A DNA stretch of 62,741 nucleotides, counting the filler, from Choristocarpus tenellus KU-1152 (Eukaryota; Protista; Phaeophyceae): assembly GCA_964200185.2 (NCBI GenBank). It is 11 parts of 11 records of this genome, joined end to end, with 100 filler letters (N's around TTAATTAATTAA, not from the genome) between each part and the next. Parts side by side here need not be neighbours in the genome. Positions count along the whole stretch, not along the records: positions 11,293 to 18,733 come from CAXNAD020006155.1; positions 18,834 to 23,225 come from CAXNAD020014768.1; positions 23,326 to 26,720 come from CAXNAD020020324.1; 8 more parts are not named here. The stretch is one strand, 5' to 3'. Below are positions 11,850 through 23,610 of the stretch, in pieces. The position numbers and the translations under genes were made by a program. Below the pieces are notes generated by a model. It ran no database searches. It was not told the DNA's origin and saw only the letters and a list, made by a program, of their open reading frames with translations. Each line of letters starts with the position of its first letter. Position 1 is the stretch's first letter.

Positions 11850-12600
11850 ACCACTCAACGTTAATGGTCACATTGAAGTTGTAATGCTGTCCCCTCTTTT
11901 AGTGGACCAAACGTCTCTGCGCCTACTTGATCAGACAAACACACCAGATTCCGATCTTGCTGTCGAAATTGTGGGAAGGGTCTGAGGAGAAATGGTGCTA
12001 ATGAACATCACCTTAGGAATGTGACTCTTGCGCTGAACCTTGGTGGAGTCCACCCTTTCCTCCCCTGTGAACATGCAAATGCACTCCCCATTGCAGATGA
12101 GGTAGAAACATACTTCATTGATATGAACTGTGTTGAGACAGCTTTTGTTCCTCCTTGGTCAAGGATGAAACCTACCTGGTTCTTTCCATGCGCCAGCAAC
12201 AGGCTCAGGGTAACGTGCCATTTCACCTTTGATAAACCGATCACTTTGAGCCATCGCTGAAGATTTGAAATGTCAACTACGAGACTAACTTCGGCTAGCT
12301 TGGCAGACAGGTGATAAGGGTCAGGGTTCGATTTGTGGTGTTGAACCTTCGAATCCTCACATGCTTTGTCATTATGAAATCCAATGGCAGCCCACTTCAT
12401 TATGCTGATTCCAGCGAAAGCACATTGTCATTGTCTTGTTGTTATTGTACGCTTGCCACAGTTGTATCAGATATTGTTTGTCGACCCTAATCTGCTCTGA
12501 CAACACTGATCCAACGCCTGTTGGAAGCAGTTTCTTTCCGGGAGATATCGCTAAAGTTTATCTCACGGCCAGCACGTTTCGACCTTCCTTGCTCAGCTCT
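11850..12600 (-). pseudogene. Degenerate Tc1/mariner transposase, divergent subfamily (copy 3)
   Basis: Minus strand LQRWLK...VGFILDQ, then HINEVCFYL (for HIDEKWFYL)...KVQRKSHIPKVMFI...FDSKIGIW, with frameshifts and stops. Confidence 0.8.
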
Positions 12601-12810
12601 CAAATTTCAGCCTGAGCTAAAGGGCTCCCAGCAAAAGGTGATGGACTTGCCAGAGTGGTCATATTGGCTATGGGACTCACGATGCAGATGGTCCAGAGGC
12701 TAAGTGAGAATTGTACAGCTCTTGGCAAGGCGCTGAGATGCTGTGATGGGGGGGCATTGAAAATGGGCCAAAAAATGACCTTTTGGGAGTTTCAATTCTC
12801 GGAACAGATT

Positions 12811-13070
12811 GAGTGAAAGTATCTTAGAGGTTACGAGTTTTGCCCTATTTGCCCATTTGGGGCTTGGGTTCCCATAGGGTTTTTTATCACATTTTCTTAC
12901 TCCAAAATGTTTCAGAGTAGGTAATAGTGTGTATGTTATGAAAAGGTGTGTCTGGAACAAGGATATTGACACTTCCTAACAAACATGATAGCCAAAATTA
13001 CATCAAAATCGCAACATTGGATTGTGGCCCCCAAATAGACGTGCCCCTACCCTCTGAGATACTTTGGCTC
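12811..13070 (-). mobile_element. MITE-A, TSD ATT
   Basis: GAGTGAAAGTATCTTAGAGG...CCCTCTGAGATACTTTGGCTC, flanked by att/att. Confidence 0.92.
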
Positions 13071-15329
13071 ATTTAGAAATATTTCGGAACAAAATGCGGA
13101 AACCAACCCCCCCCCCAAAAAATATTTTCCAAAGCTCCAATTTGAGCCATACATCACTGAAAAAGTCTTCATACTCGTGAAGAAATGACCAAAACAAAAA
13201 GTGAGAATTCATAACATCGCAGACTCATGGGACAGAGGGAGTATCTTATCAATATCATTTTTTTGGTCAGTATCACACAAAATATCAACTCACTCCAAAA
13301 AAAATATAGTGTAAACATTCCTTCATTCAGAAAGATTTCCCCTTACAAACTTATCAGCGGGGCGTTCAACAGTAGTATTTCTGGTACTATTACGCCACAA
13401 AAAGCTTTCTAGCAAAGCCCTTGAATTTGTAAGGTTCAAGATAGGCAAGGAGAGTTAAACGGTCTAACAGTGAGATCGATTGAGCCAATTATGTGGCCAA
13501 GGCCTCTTCAAACCTTGTGTTATGTGCACCATAAATTTATGCCTGAAATGCAGGGCAACTAACTCTCTCAAGAGGATATGACTGCAAAATATATTGTTTG
13601 TTGTGAATGGACCCAATAGCCAAGAAGTGCCCTCCACACCACTCGGAAAACATGTACCAAATGGCAGTTGTACAGAACCTTACGTCTCAACGACTCCAAG
13701 GCATAGTATCCCAAAGGGGGGTACCGTTGAATGTAAGGGGTCTCTGTGGTTGCTTTCTGGTACATGTTCTCCTAGCAATCTGGGAGGCGGTTTCACACTT
13801 GCATGGACAAACATTATTTTCCTCTTCTTCAACAGCCATGGCTTCCTGACGAGGGAATGACACACAAATGCAATAGAGTCTGTATCTCCACATAAAGTAT
13901 ACAGAAAGCATTCGTTCTGAGAACACTCACGTAATTAATATCATTATCACCACTGATAGCAAACACCTCTTTTTTGTTTTAAATAGCTTTCCGTGGAGTA
14001 ATGCCATCTAAGACTGGGGTAACCCATAGTGTTCTAGAGGAGGCACGATGTAGGCCCTCTCAAACCCTAAGTAGCTAAAAATATCTTCACTGTTTATTGC
14101 GGAGCAGAGAAAAACCTATGAATTACATAAGGGCAACTCACTTGGAGTGGCCCTGCAACACAGTTTGAATTATTGTGCACATTTTCTATATGCAAATGAA
14201 ATTTCATTTTTTTTTTTGTCTAGGTTGGTAATATTTCTGCTTATTACTATTTGTTTGACTTAAATCTGGGGAATATCCCAACCTATGGTCAGAGGGAATA
14301 CACACTACTCTGGGTGCTTCATACTAGCTACAATGAAATAACTGTTGTCGCACTACGACTAGTCATTGTCCTACCCCCTTATGTGCCTTGCTCCTTGCGT
14401 GTTGAGTTCAGCCACCCCGCCACTCTTCATTCCACCTCCTATCTCAAGCCTTGTGCTGGACCTGGCTCAGCATCGCTCGCCAATGAAGCCTTGCCGCTTC
14501 ATTCCTGATCTGGCACTATTATCCGGCATAGTGACATACAGGATAGAGCACTAGGTGTACACAGAGCTGTAGTGCTTGCAATATCGAGCTTAGGATAATC
14601 TATTTCCAGAATCTCATGAAAAGAAGTCTGGGATTGACAGGCTGTATACCCACAAAATTTAAGTCTGGAACAGTATTCTTAACCACTGAGACTCGAGGGC
14701 TGAAGGACAGGAAAACAGTGTTTAAAATATTGGAAGCATTTTTAAAAACTGACTGCTGACTTATCCGGAAATTTCTGGCTTTCTGTTGTCTTACCGATCA
14801 CCAACCCACAGAGAGGTATTGCTCTCCGAAATTACTCCAGACGATAGTGGTAATTTGAAATGCAACGTCAACAGTTTTTCCTTTCCATACAGTACCACTG
14901 AATGGACCGAAATTCTGTTTATAGAGTACTGGTATTATAGGTGTGATGGAGCTCTGTAGGACAGAACAGAGTTGTCATACCTCCTCCATTCAGAATTAGA
15001 TATAACATAACTTGTGCAGTCCCGATGAAGAACCTAGATTTTTTCCACATGTTCATATTTTATTACTGTATTGTGCAAACACTAAAAGGTTTCCCCACCA
15101 AAATCTCAAGCGAAGTGGGGCAGCCTATACCTATCAATGATTCCACCCCCGAAGCCCTCGAAAACTCTACTCCAGCACAATTTTTTGCCACATCCACCGA
15201 GGCATTCAGAGTTAGCTTGCCTCCCTCCTCAGTCTTTTCTTGCTAAGATGGGGAATTTTGAAGATATTGTCACCCTTGGACCCCGGCACCTCACTGTAGA
15301 CTATGAAGAGGCTTTGCCAGACGTGCTAT

Positions 15330-16620
15330 AGTGTCTCCCAGGGGTACAAACCAAACGCCTCTATTGTGGCCTCCACCAGCTCCACAATGTTGGTCACCCC
15401 CACATCTTTCTTCAGTTGTGGATGGAATGAAAGAATCCCAGGCCATTGATGTTGAGGTCAGGTGAGTTGGCGGGTTGGGTCTCTATGACAGTGTCGTCCC
15501 CCGCTGCCTCCTTGATTGCCTCCATGACCTTCCACTTGGTGTGTGACTTTGCCTTGTCCTACTGCACATAGATGGTGTGTCCTTCCAGCTAAAGCATGTG
15601 GACCTTGATTGCCGGGATGGTATCCTCAATCATCAGCTTCTTATACCTCTCCCCGTCCACCATGGCTGGCACAAGCACCTTGGTGCTCTTGGAGCGGTGT
15701 TCGCTGGGGCACTGAGCAACTGTAGTGTCCACGATTGACCAGATACCGATTCTCCCATCAAAACACATCCCGTTGGAGAGCTTCTTAGGGCGGGCCACAA
15801 CTGCAAGGAACATTACATTCATAATGCAAAGCTTATTCTTTGCCTGTGGAGGTCTGGGGGGGTCCTCAATGGGGTGCAGGTACACACCTTGCCCATGTTT
15901 GAGGATATAAAACCAATTCTCGCTCACATGCACCTAGTCATACAGATCGTCTATAAATACCCCACATCCGCCTCTCTGATGTGTATGGCTGATGACAAAA
16001 CCCCCCCTGTTGACTTTCTGCTGGTCTGAGAGGACTGGCTTTATCCACCACTTGACCTTCCCCTTCTCATATTTCCACAGATCCCACAACAAGGCAGGGG
16101 AGACCCCAGCTTTGGCCACCCATTTGCAGAAGGATGATGGGACGTCCAAACGTCAAGGATACTTGTACTGTGATCACATTGCCCCTTGCGACCCCGTACA
16201 AGATCCATCCTTCCACCCTGTGCGATCTGGCTGTCATACTCCTTCAGATGATGGAACATGGGGATTTGGGAAATTCCAGAGTCTTCCAAGATGGCCCCCA
16301 TCGTCTCCCAAGCCATCAGAGCCTTGTGCCCTCTCGCCTCCAGGCACCCCACCACCACACTGTTTTTTGTCTAGGTGTTTGAGTTTGGACCGCGGACAAA
16401 CTTCTAGGCTAAAGAATTGAGACCGACGGGCGACTACGTGATGAGCAAACCACTTAATCGATAGGAGAACTTCTTTGTAGGCATCCCAATTAACACTCAG
16501 CTTCACAGTTTCACAAGCTTTTTGAACCCCGTCGAATGCAACTCGGTTGACTCTGCACTGGTGGTCCTCAACAGTCATGATATTCCACCATCTCAAACTT
16601 TGAGCACCTCCCAATGTATA
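15330..16620 (-). pseudogene. Degenerate Tc1/mariner transposase (DD37D/DD39D clade), copy 2
   Basis: HVSENWFY (first D lost), VMFLAVVARP..FDGRIGIW, IPAIK, IYVQ*DKAKSH (second D), QPANSPDLNINGLGFFHSI (third D position is G). In-frame stops are present. Confidence 0.88.
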
Positions 16621-16664
16621 TGAGAACTAAGCCTCGTCCAGAGGGTTTATCACATGGATCGTTA

Positions 16665-16903
16665 GAATCAAAGTATCTCAGAGGGTTGGGCCGTGTTCAT
16701 TTGGGGTCCAAAATCCATTGTTGCGATTTTGACGTAATGTTGGCTATCGTGTTTATGAAGATTTGTCAATATCCTTGTTTCGGACACATCTTTTCATAAC
16801 GTATACATTTTACCTACTCCGAAACATTTTGGAATAGGAAAGTGTCAAAAAAAAAACATGGGAAGCCATGTCCCAAATGGACAAACAGGGCAAAACTCGT
16901 ACC
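16665..16903 (+). mobile_element. MITE-A, right TIR truncated
   Basis: Starts GAATCAAAGTATCTCAGAGGG, has the full internal body, and stops at AAAACTCGTACC. Confidence 0.85.
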
Positions 16904-17260
16904 AGGCAAGAATATACCTCGCAAAAGTTATGTTACACTTAATTCCGAACGGAAGAAGAATTACTAAATAGTAAATAAATGAGCTGGAGTCCAACGTACA
17001 TATGTATTAGTAGTGCATACTTTGACGTACATGTATATCTTGATTGTTCATTGTGATATTTTGGAGATGTGTCCACGAAATACTATACACACTACACTAT
17101 TAACATTTCCAAGTTCCTTCTGAACCGTTTTGCTTTCCCTGCATGATTTTAATTTCGTGGGTTCAAACCTCTTCGACGTCAGATATTTTTTGGGACACAT
17201 ATTCTGATGGAGAGAGGGTGCGAAAACACATAAACTTCGTGGGGTGGGACACTTTCTAAC

Positions 17261-17518
17261 GAGGCAAAGTATCTTAGAGGGTAGAGTCGCGTCCATTTGG
17301 GGGTCAAAGTCCAATGTGCGATTTTGATGTAATTTTGCCTATTGTATTTGTTAGGAAATGTCAATATCGATGTTCTGGACAAACCATTTCATAATGCACA
17401 CATTTTACCTAATCCCACACATTTTGGAGTAGGCAAATGTCATTAAAAAAACCATGGGAAGCCAAGCCCCATATGGACAAACAGGGCAAATCTTGTACCC
17501 TCTAAGAAACTTTCACCC
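17261..17518 (+). mobile_element. MITE-A
   Basis: GAGGCAAAGTATCTTAGAGGGTAGAG...GTACCCTCTAAGAAACTTTCACCC. Confidence 0.9.
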
Positions 17519-17596
17519 TAACACCCCATTTTTTTTTGAGGAACAGCTCGAGCTTTTTCGGTGTGTTTTTGCATACGCAAGATTGTATTAACCTCC

Positions 17597-17854
17597 GAGC
17601 CAAAGTATCATGGAGGGTAGAGCCGTGTCCATTTGGGGGACAAAATCCAATGTTACAAATTTGCTGTAGTTTTGGCTATCGTGTTTGCTAGGAAGTGTCA
17701 ATATCCTTGTTTCGGATACACCTTTTCATAACGTATACATTTTACCTATTCGGAAACATTTTGGAGTAGGAAAATGTCACAAAACCCCCATGGGAAGTCA
17801 AACCCCAAAATGACAAACAGTGAAAAACTCGTGCCCTCTAAGATACTTTCACTC
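17597..17854 (+). mobile_element. MITE-A, TSD TCC
   Basis: GAGCCAAAGTATCATGGAGGGTAGAG...CCCTCTAAGATACTTTCACTC, flanked by tcc/tcc. Confidence 0.92.
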
Positions 17855-18833
17855 TCCTCCAACGAAGTCCATAGTCCACATATGGGTAGCTGGGTGGGTA
17901 GCTATGTTTGTTGTTGCGCCATTTGTCAATGCATTGTGGTATGGGCAGTGTAGAGGACAACAATAACAGCTGATGGCAGCTACTCTTACCCTTTTGCTGG
18001 GCTATTACCATGCTTTACTTGTAGGGGAGGGTTACACCCAAGGTTGATACCAACCTGGACCATTGGAGAGGACAGCAAGGTCCGCTTTTGTCGTCTCAGT
18101 CCGGTCAAGAACAACTGGGAATTTGTTCTTGATTTCTTGCTATCTGATCGCCCCAGCAATATCCAGGACAAATCTGTCCTTATGGTTAGAATTAGAGAGG
18201 AGTCTCCTACACCAATTATCTGTCACCCATTTCCAGTCAAATCAGGAGGGACAGGGGCTAGAGGGTAGTGGGATTGACCCCCTCTCAAGGTACAACTGTG
18301 TAGGTACAAATTGTACACAGATTTGGCATTGGTGCATATAGGCCGGTCGACACATGTGACTGTGTGTATGCTGCACACGATCCACTAAACATGATTTCGA
18401 AGTATTTTCAATATTGCAATGCATACTCTTTCCTTTCAGTTACATCCCGTATAAACGACTCCCCACACAAGCTCTCACGACCTTGGCCAAAGAGACAGCG
18501 ATTGTGTATGAGTACCTTCGCCACCTGAACAACAAAGTTGCATCCACAATATCTGTTTTGGGGTGTCTGATGGTAGGTAAAGATGTCCACCGCTTCACAT
18601 CTGAGCAATGCTATTTAGGAGAGCAAATGTTTTACCCCTTTCTGTTCGTTTGTGGCGACCCATCTGGCAGGGGGGGGGGGGGGGGTGTGTCTAAAAAAGG
18701 TGGATTTTTGGGCCCACAACCATGAGATCGCCANNNNNNNNNNNNNNNNNNNNNNNNNNNNNNNNNNNNNNNNNNNNTTAATTAATTAANNNNNNNNNNN
18801 NNNNNNNNNNNNNNNNNNNNNNNNNNNNNNNNN

Positions 18834-18928
18834 CTAACAAACACGATAGCCAAAATTACATCAAAATCGCAATATTGGATTTTTTTTTTTTTTTGGACGC
18901 GGCTCTACCCTCTAAGACACTTTGGCTC
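18834..18928 (-). mobile_element. MITE-A partial (contig start), abutting copia RT end
   Basis: Ends GGCTCTACCCTCTAAGACACTTTGGCTC. Confidence 0.85.
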
Positions 18929-19746
18929 TAAGAGTGTTATTGGGTACCTGTTGGGTACTAAAGAGCATGTAATTATCTTTGGTGACTTAGATTGTATGGT
19001 AATGGACCAAGAGATCAATCAATTGGCTAGACAGATCCTGATTATGCAAACTGCAGGGACAGTAGATTGCCCATTTCTGGTGGTGTTGTGATGTTTGGAG
19101 GAGGATGTATTGACTGGTGGTCCAGGAAGCAGAAAACGGTTACACTGTCTACTGCTGGGGCTGAGCATGTTGCATTGTGTGAGTTGGGGAAAGAGGTTAT
19201 GTTCCTCAAGCAATTGCACATGTTCATGCGACCACTTTGTAATGATTACCCTGTATCTGTGTTCGAGGATAGTGATGGTGCAATCAATATTGCTAAGAAG
19301 GCAGTATCTGGTGGTAGAACCGGCTCAAAGTATCTGGGGGGGGGGTGGCGGCTGTCTATATGGGTCAATTTTTTCATGTCGTGATTTTTGGGTTATTTGG
19401 TTGCATACGTCCAATGGATAATGTAAATGCACTTTTCCTTATTTTGGCCCAAATGGACACCTTGGTGTAGACCCCCCCCCCCTCAGATACTTTGGGTCAC
19501 CAAGCACAGTGATATTAGATATCACTACATACGTCAGTTGGGGAGGGAAGGAAAGATAGCTATTGGATACTTGTCAACAAAGTTCCAACATGCTGATCTT
19601 TTTACTAAGGGATTGTTAAAGGAATCTTTCAATAGGCATTCCAGTGTTATCATACGTAGAATGAAGTGGGACCGATTTCTGGGTTAAATGTATGTCCAAG
19701 AATGTTTGAGGTGTTATTTTAACTTGAAATTCAGAGCAGGGAAATG
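18929..19746 (+). mobile_element. Ty1/copia family 1 RNase H remnant plus PPT, interrupted by MITE-B
   Basis: ISGGVVMFGGGCIDWWSRKQKTVTLSTAGAEHVALCE...VFEDSDGAINIA..SGGRT|KHSDIRYHYIR...QHADLFTKGL. A purine-rich AGAGCAGGGAAA precedes the TG of the LTR. Confidence 0.92.
19322..19498 (+). mobile_element. MITE-B complete copy (177 bp), TSD ACC
   Basis: GGCTCAAAGTATCTG(G)n...(C)nTCAGATACTTTGGGTC, flanked by acc/acc. Removing it and one TSD restores the copia GGRTKH.DIRYH motif in frame. Confidence 0.95.
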
Positions 19747-20115
19747 TGTCAAGATATGCCTTTTATTCGTGTATAAAAGAATATTCTGTAGGACAAATAA
19801 TCAGTTGTTGGACTATGGTTCGATAACGGGATAACTGATAGGAAGGTTTCTGTTGAGTGACCATGAGCATATTATCCAGGTTATTGTAGTACAACAAGAA
19901 GAATCCTAGAAAGGTAAGGTTGTAGGTAGTGACACAGAATTGAGTGATGTGTTAATAAAATATGAATGATAAGGTGAGAAGGACCTCCCCTTTTGGGGTT
20001 GGATGTTCACTCCTCCTTTCATTTCCCTTGCTTCATGTACGACCTGTCCTACACAAGAAGGAATTAATCGAGTCATTTACATAAACAAGTCTTGGGAACA
20101 TCAATTTCTTTAACA
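19747..20115 (+). repeat. Putative 3' LTR of copia family 1
   Basis: Starts TGTCAAG right after the PPT; candidate end TTAACA (TG...CA). There is no second LTR in the window to confirm it. Confidence 0.55.
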
Positions 20116-21854
20116 TCCGTGCTTCTCACTCTACTCTGACCTTCTGTGCCCCATGCCTTCACACAAAGATCCTCCAACCTCTCCTCTCAAAAATATGATT
20201 TGATCTCACGCCTTGGACGACCCCTTGACCTTTCTGTCTTTCTTACCATTAGCATTTGAGTAACCACTCGATGGTTTTAGAGGGGTTAACAAAAAACAGT
20301 GGTACTATAAAACCAAAAGATTTAGCAATCAAGCTCTCTTCGGTGGTTGGTACGGATCTCGGTTTTGGTGGATGTAGAGATGTTTACTAGTAGTAATCAA
20401 AAAGTGAGGGAATACATGGCGAACATCATGAGACATGCGTCCTAAACGTCTGTGAGTACCAATGATGATATATTGGTGTCATTCAACGTGTGGTTGGGTG
20501 TGCAAGTAGTACAACATCACAGACAACGGGGAGTATCAGGCTGCTGAGGTGCCACACTCTCGATAGAGATGGATACACCTTTCGCCAAACCATCATTGAT
20601 GAATCCGACTGGTGAGGGGATGTGCTTTCTCCAATTCCAAACCACCAACTACAAGTAACTCTGAGCCAAAGTAAACGAAAGGTACACAGATTTTGACCGA
20701 TTTCGATTGTAAGCCTGTTTTTCAATCTTTTGCAATTCAACCATATTTCTATGGATGAAGTTGTAAGTTTGACTTGAAACCGTTAATTTCTCTATTGTAT
20801 TAAACATTTCCAATACAATTCTGAAAATATTTACACTGTTGTAAAAACTCGAATACTCTCTGCTCCTGTCAATACTACTACCATAGCGCACAGACCGAAT
20901 TTCTCCGATCATTATACCAGAACGTTGTTATGAAGAGACCAGACACAAACCACATCCAGACTAAAGGAGAGAGGAGGACATACTACACACACAAGAATAG
21001 GACTACCTGAGAACCATCAACCATCCACAACATTATTGAACAATATCCACAACATTTTGTGTGCGGAATTTGGAATATGCCAATACTTAACCAAAGAAGG
21101 AAAGTGGAACCTTCAATTAACTCGACATCATAATACGGGTTATGGATATAGTCTTACGGTAATTCTCACTATTAGATGATACTTTCTTTGTTGACCACAA
21201 AACTATGACGCCTATCCACCCTATCACCATCCCACCATTTCCGTATAATTCCCTAACCTATTCCCTTGTGTCCAATCATGCCACATCATTCATCCATAAA
21301 ATTCATGTGATCATTCATCAAGTAGTAAATGTCATTTTTTCATTACCAAGAGCAATCATCAAGTAGGTATCACAATACATCTTATACAGTACTGATTGCG
21401 TTTCTATTCGAGAAGATCGGCCTAATGGTATTTGTGTTAGTGCATCGTCGCGGTTTGTTCGTTTATCGCTGATTGATTAATACATCATTTGATGATCCTC
21501 TGACAGATCTCCAACGTTCCTTTATGTATGGTGCTTCTTTTTCAATGATAAGAAATGATGCCATCTATCTGCAAATGTCCAATAATCATCCCCACATGAA
21601 AAAGAACCACCATACATCCATATACAAACACACTTGAAGTTAAGTCTCAAAAGTTGTGTTGATGAATCATTCTAAGGATGCATGTTTTACTACTACTGCA
21701 AGGTCTTGTGAATAAAGGAAAAAATATAGTCTTAAGACATTGTAAGATATTGAGATACTTCAAATCATCATTCTACGCAACTTTTGTGGTAGTATCTACC
21801 ATCCTCAAACACCAACCCACCAACCACCCTCCACTATATCAAGAAATATATACC

Positions 21855-22316
21855 ATGACCACAAGGTGGGGAACTATATCTCTTCAGCTTGGGGAATTGA
21901 TACGAAACACACCCTCTGGGAACCTCAACCTTCAAGACGTGTCGGCCTCGTATGGGAAGACATACGGAAGAAATCTTGACCTCGGTGGACGAAAAATTCG
22001 TGAATGTATCTCCGAAGGGCTAATCACAGGTTTGGTTTATGACAGTGAAACAAACGGTATCGAGATCGACGATTGTTCCTTGAACATTGCCAGATCTAAG
22101 AGGGTTCGTGCTAGGCAGCAGGAGTCGAGTCCATGGCCACTGACCACGAACTGGTTACCCAGTTATAACCTTGTCCAAGACTCGAAGAGTATGGACGTGG
22201 TACTTCAACGTTTTGGAGTTCAGAGCATACTTTCGGCCATCACGAAGGACTACGTGACGGTGGACCTGGAGGGGTGCAATCTTGGTACTGAATCTGGGAC
22301 ACTTGAACTCTTTCAG
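21855..22316 (+). CDS. First exon of a protein with OST-HTH/LOTUS-like N-terminus and DEDDy 3'-5' exonuclease (EXD1/Egalitarian-like); may be a pseudogene
   Basis: ATG at 21855 and 154 codons up to CAG|GTAAG. The ExoI motif VTVDLEGCNLG..GTLELFQ matches the EXD1-type D.EG..LG..G.L.L.Q pattern. The N-terminal LGELIRNTPSGNLNLQDVSASYGKTYGRNLD fits a LOTUS-like pattern. Confidence 0.7.
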
Positions 22317-23129
22317 GTAAGATATCGTCCATGCCCTTTATTGGATAAATTTTCCTACGAGACTCTTACCAATAACGCCCTTCCTGTGTTTAAAGTTGGT
22401 TGTTGTACATGGGCGCAACTATGAACTCAGGGCCATTCTCAATCTTTACTGGGAATCAAAACCACAGCAAGTTTGATTTAAGAAGACCCCTCACAAATAT
22501 TTTCCGTACATGCGTATTTCCTTCATAACAACAAATTGTGGATGTTCAGTCCAATCAAGAATACTGTATTATTGTAGTTCTTTCCTTGTCGAGGAGTTGT
22601 TAATGTCCTAAATGGATTCTCCAGCTAACGAAGTAGCGACTCTCGTACATTTCAACTATCACCCTTCACCTGTACATGACACCGCCTCGTATGCTCCGGG
22701 TAGAGCAGGAAGTCGCAAATAAGTATTGTCCACAACACGCAACCCACACTTCAGATCATGCTGCTTGACCAACTGGCGATCCATCCACTTGCTTAGTTGC
22801 ATACCCCAATAGCTGACCACAACCTCCGCTAGACAAACCCTACGAAATAGTAATCATGTGCCATCCAGTGAATGATATTCATAAAGTAGTAACTACCCTC
22901 CTGACATGAGTAAGACGTTATGGCCCATACTTAGTGAGGATATGGCTTATCACAGTCACTACGCTGAGTTAAAGGTTGCCTGTGACTAATTTTCAATCCA
23001 ATCAAAAGAACGCCCTTGCAACTAGAAAAGAGGTAGAGATACAGTGTCCCCAATCATTACCCACGACAATATACCATATTCCCACTTGAACACACTAAAT
23101 AAATGCTACTACTCAGTAAGCACATAGAA

Positions 23130-23225
23130 GCCTCAAAGTATCTGGGTGGGGGGGGGGGGGGGGGGGGCCCACTTGGGGGCCAATTTTAGGTTGCGGGAAT
23201 TGTTTGGAGTTTTTTGAAGTAATTA
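23130..23225 (+). mobile_element. MITE-B partial (contig end)
   Basis: GCCTCAAAGTATCTGGGTG(G)n. Confidence 0.75.
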
Positions 23226-23529
23226 NNNNNNNNNNNNNNNNNNNNNNNNNNNNNNNNNNNNNNNNNNNNTTAATTAATTAANNNNNNNNNNNNNNNNNNN
23301 NNNNNNNNNNNNNNNNNNNNNNNNNCTAGGCCAGGTTTTAACATTCGTTCCGGCGAGAGAGTCGAAATTAAACCAAGAAAGGTATTGCGTTTCTTGGAGG
23401 TTCTGCTGGAACTGCTCTGAATTTTCCACCTTGATCTTGGTCTAGCTTGTATGTAGGATACCCACAGACGGGGAAGTACAATTGTGTGTACACTCCGTTG
23501 TGCGTGACATGAGGAATACCATCGTCATC

Positions 23530-23610
23530 GAAAACACATTTCCATGGAAAGAAGTTTGGCATTGATGGGGTTCGAACTCGCTAAATTAATGCGGGTAGCC
23601 CCTGCTTTGA
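23530..23610 (-). repeat. Dispersed repeat with Pol III B-box (SINE-like); second copy at 31040-31090
   Basis: Minus strand GAGTTCGAACCCCATCAATGCCAAACTTCTTTCCATGGAAATGTGTTTTC versus GGTTCGAACCCCTTCAACGCCAGACTTCTTTTCACGGAATCTGTTTTC. Confidence 0.55.

Noticed and set aside
13100-15300. Possible transposase relic in short Cys/His-containing ORFs; likewise 17940-18660, 33840-34620 and 53450-53900
   Set aside because: I could not recognise any diagnostic motif by eye; this needs a translated profile search.
15330-16620. Mariner remnants as the autonomous partner of MITE-A/B
   Set aside because: Tc1/mariner duplicates TA, whereas the MITEs duplicate variable 3-mers, and no MITE-type TIR pair brackets the transposase.
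23560-23585. tRNA gene at GGTTCGAA motifs (also 31075-31090)
   Set aside because: No acceptor, anticodon or D stems can be formed; kept only as a SINE-like candidate.
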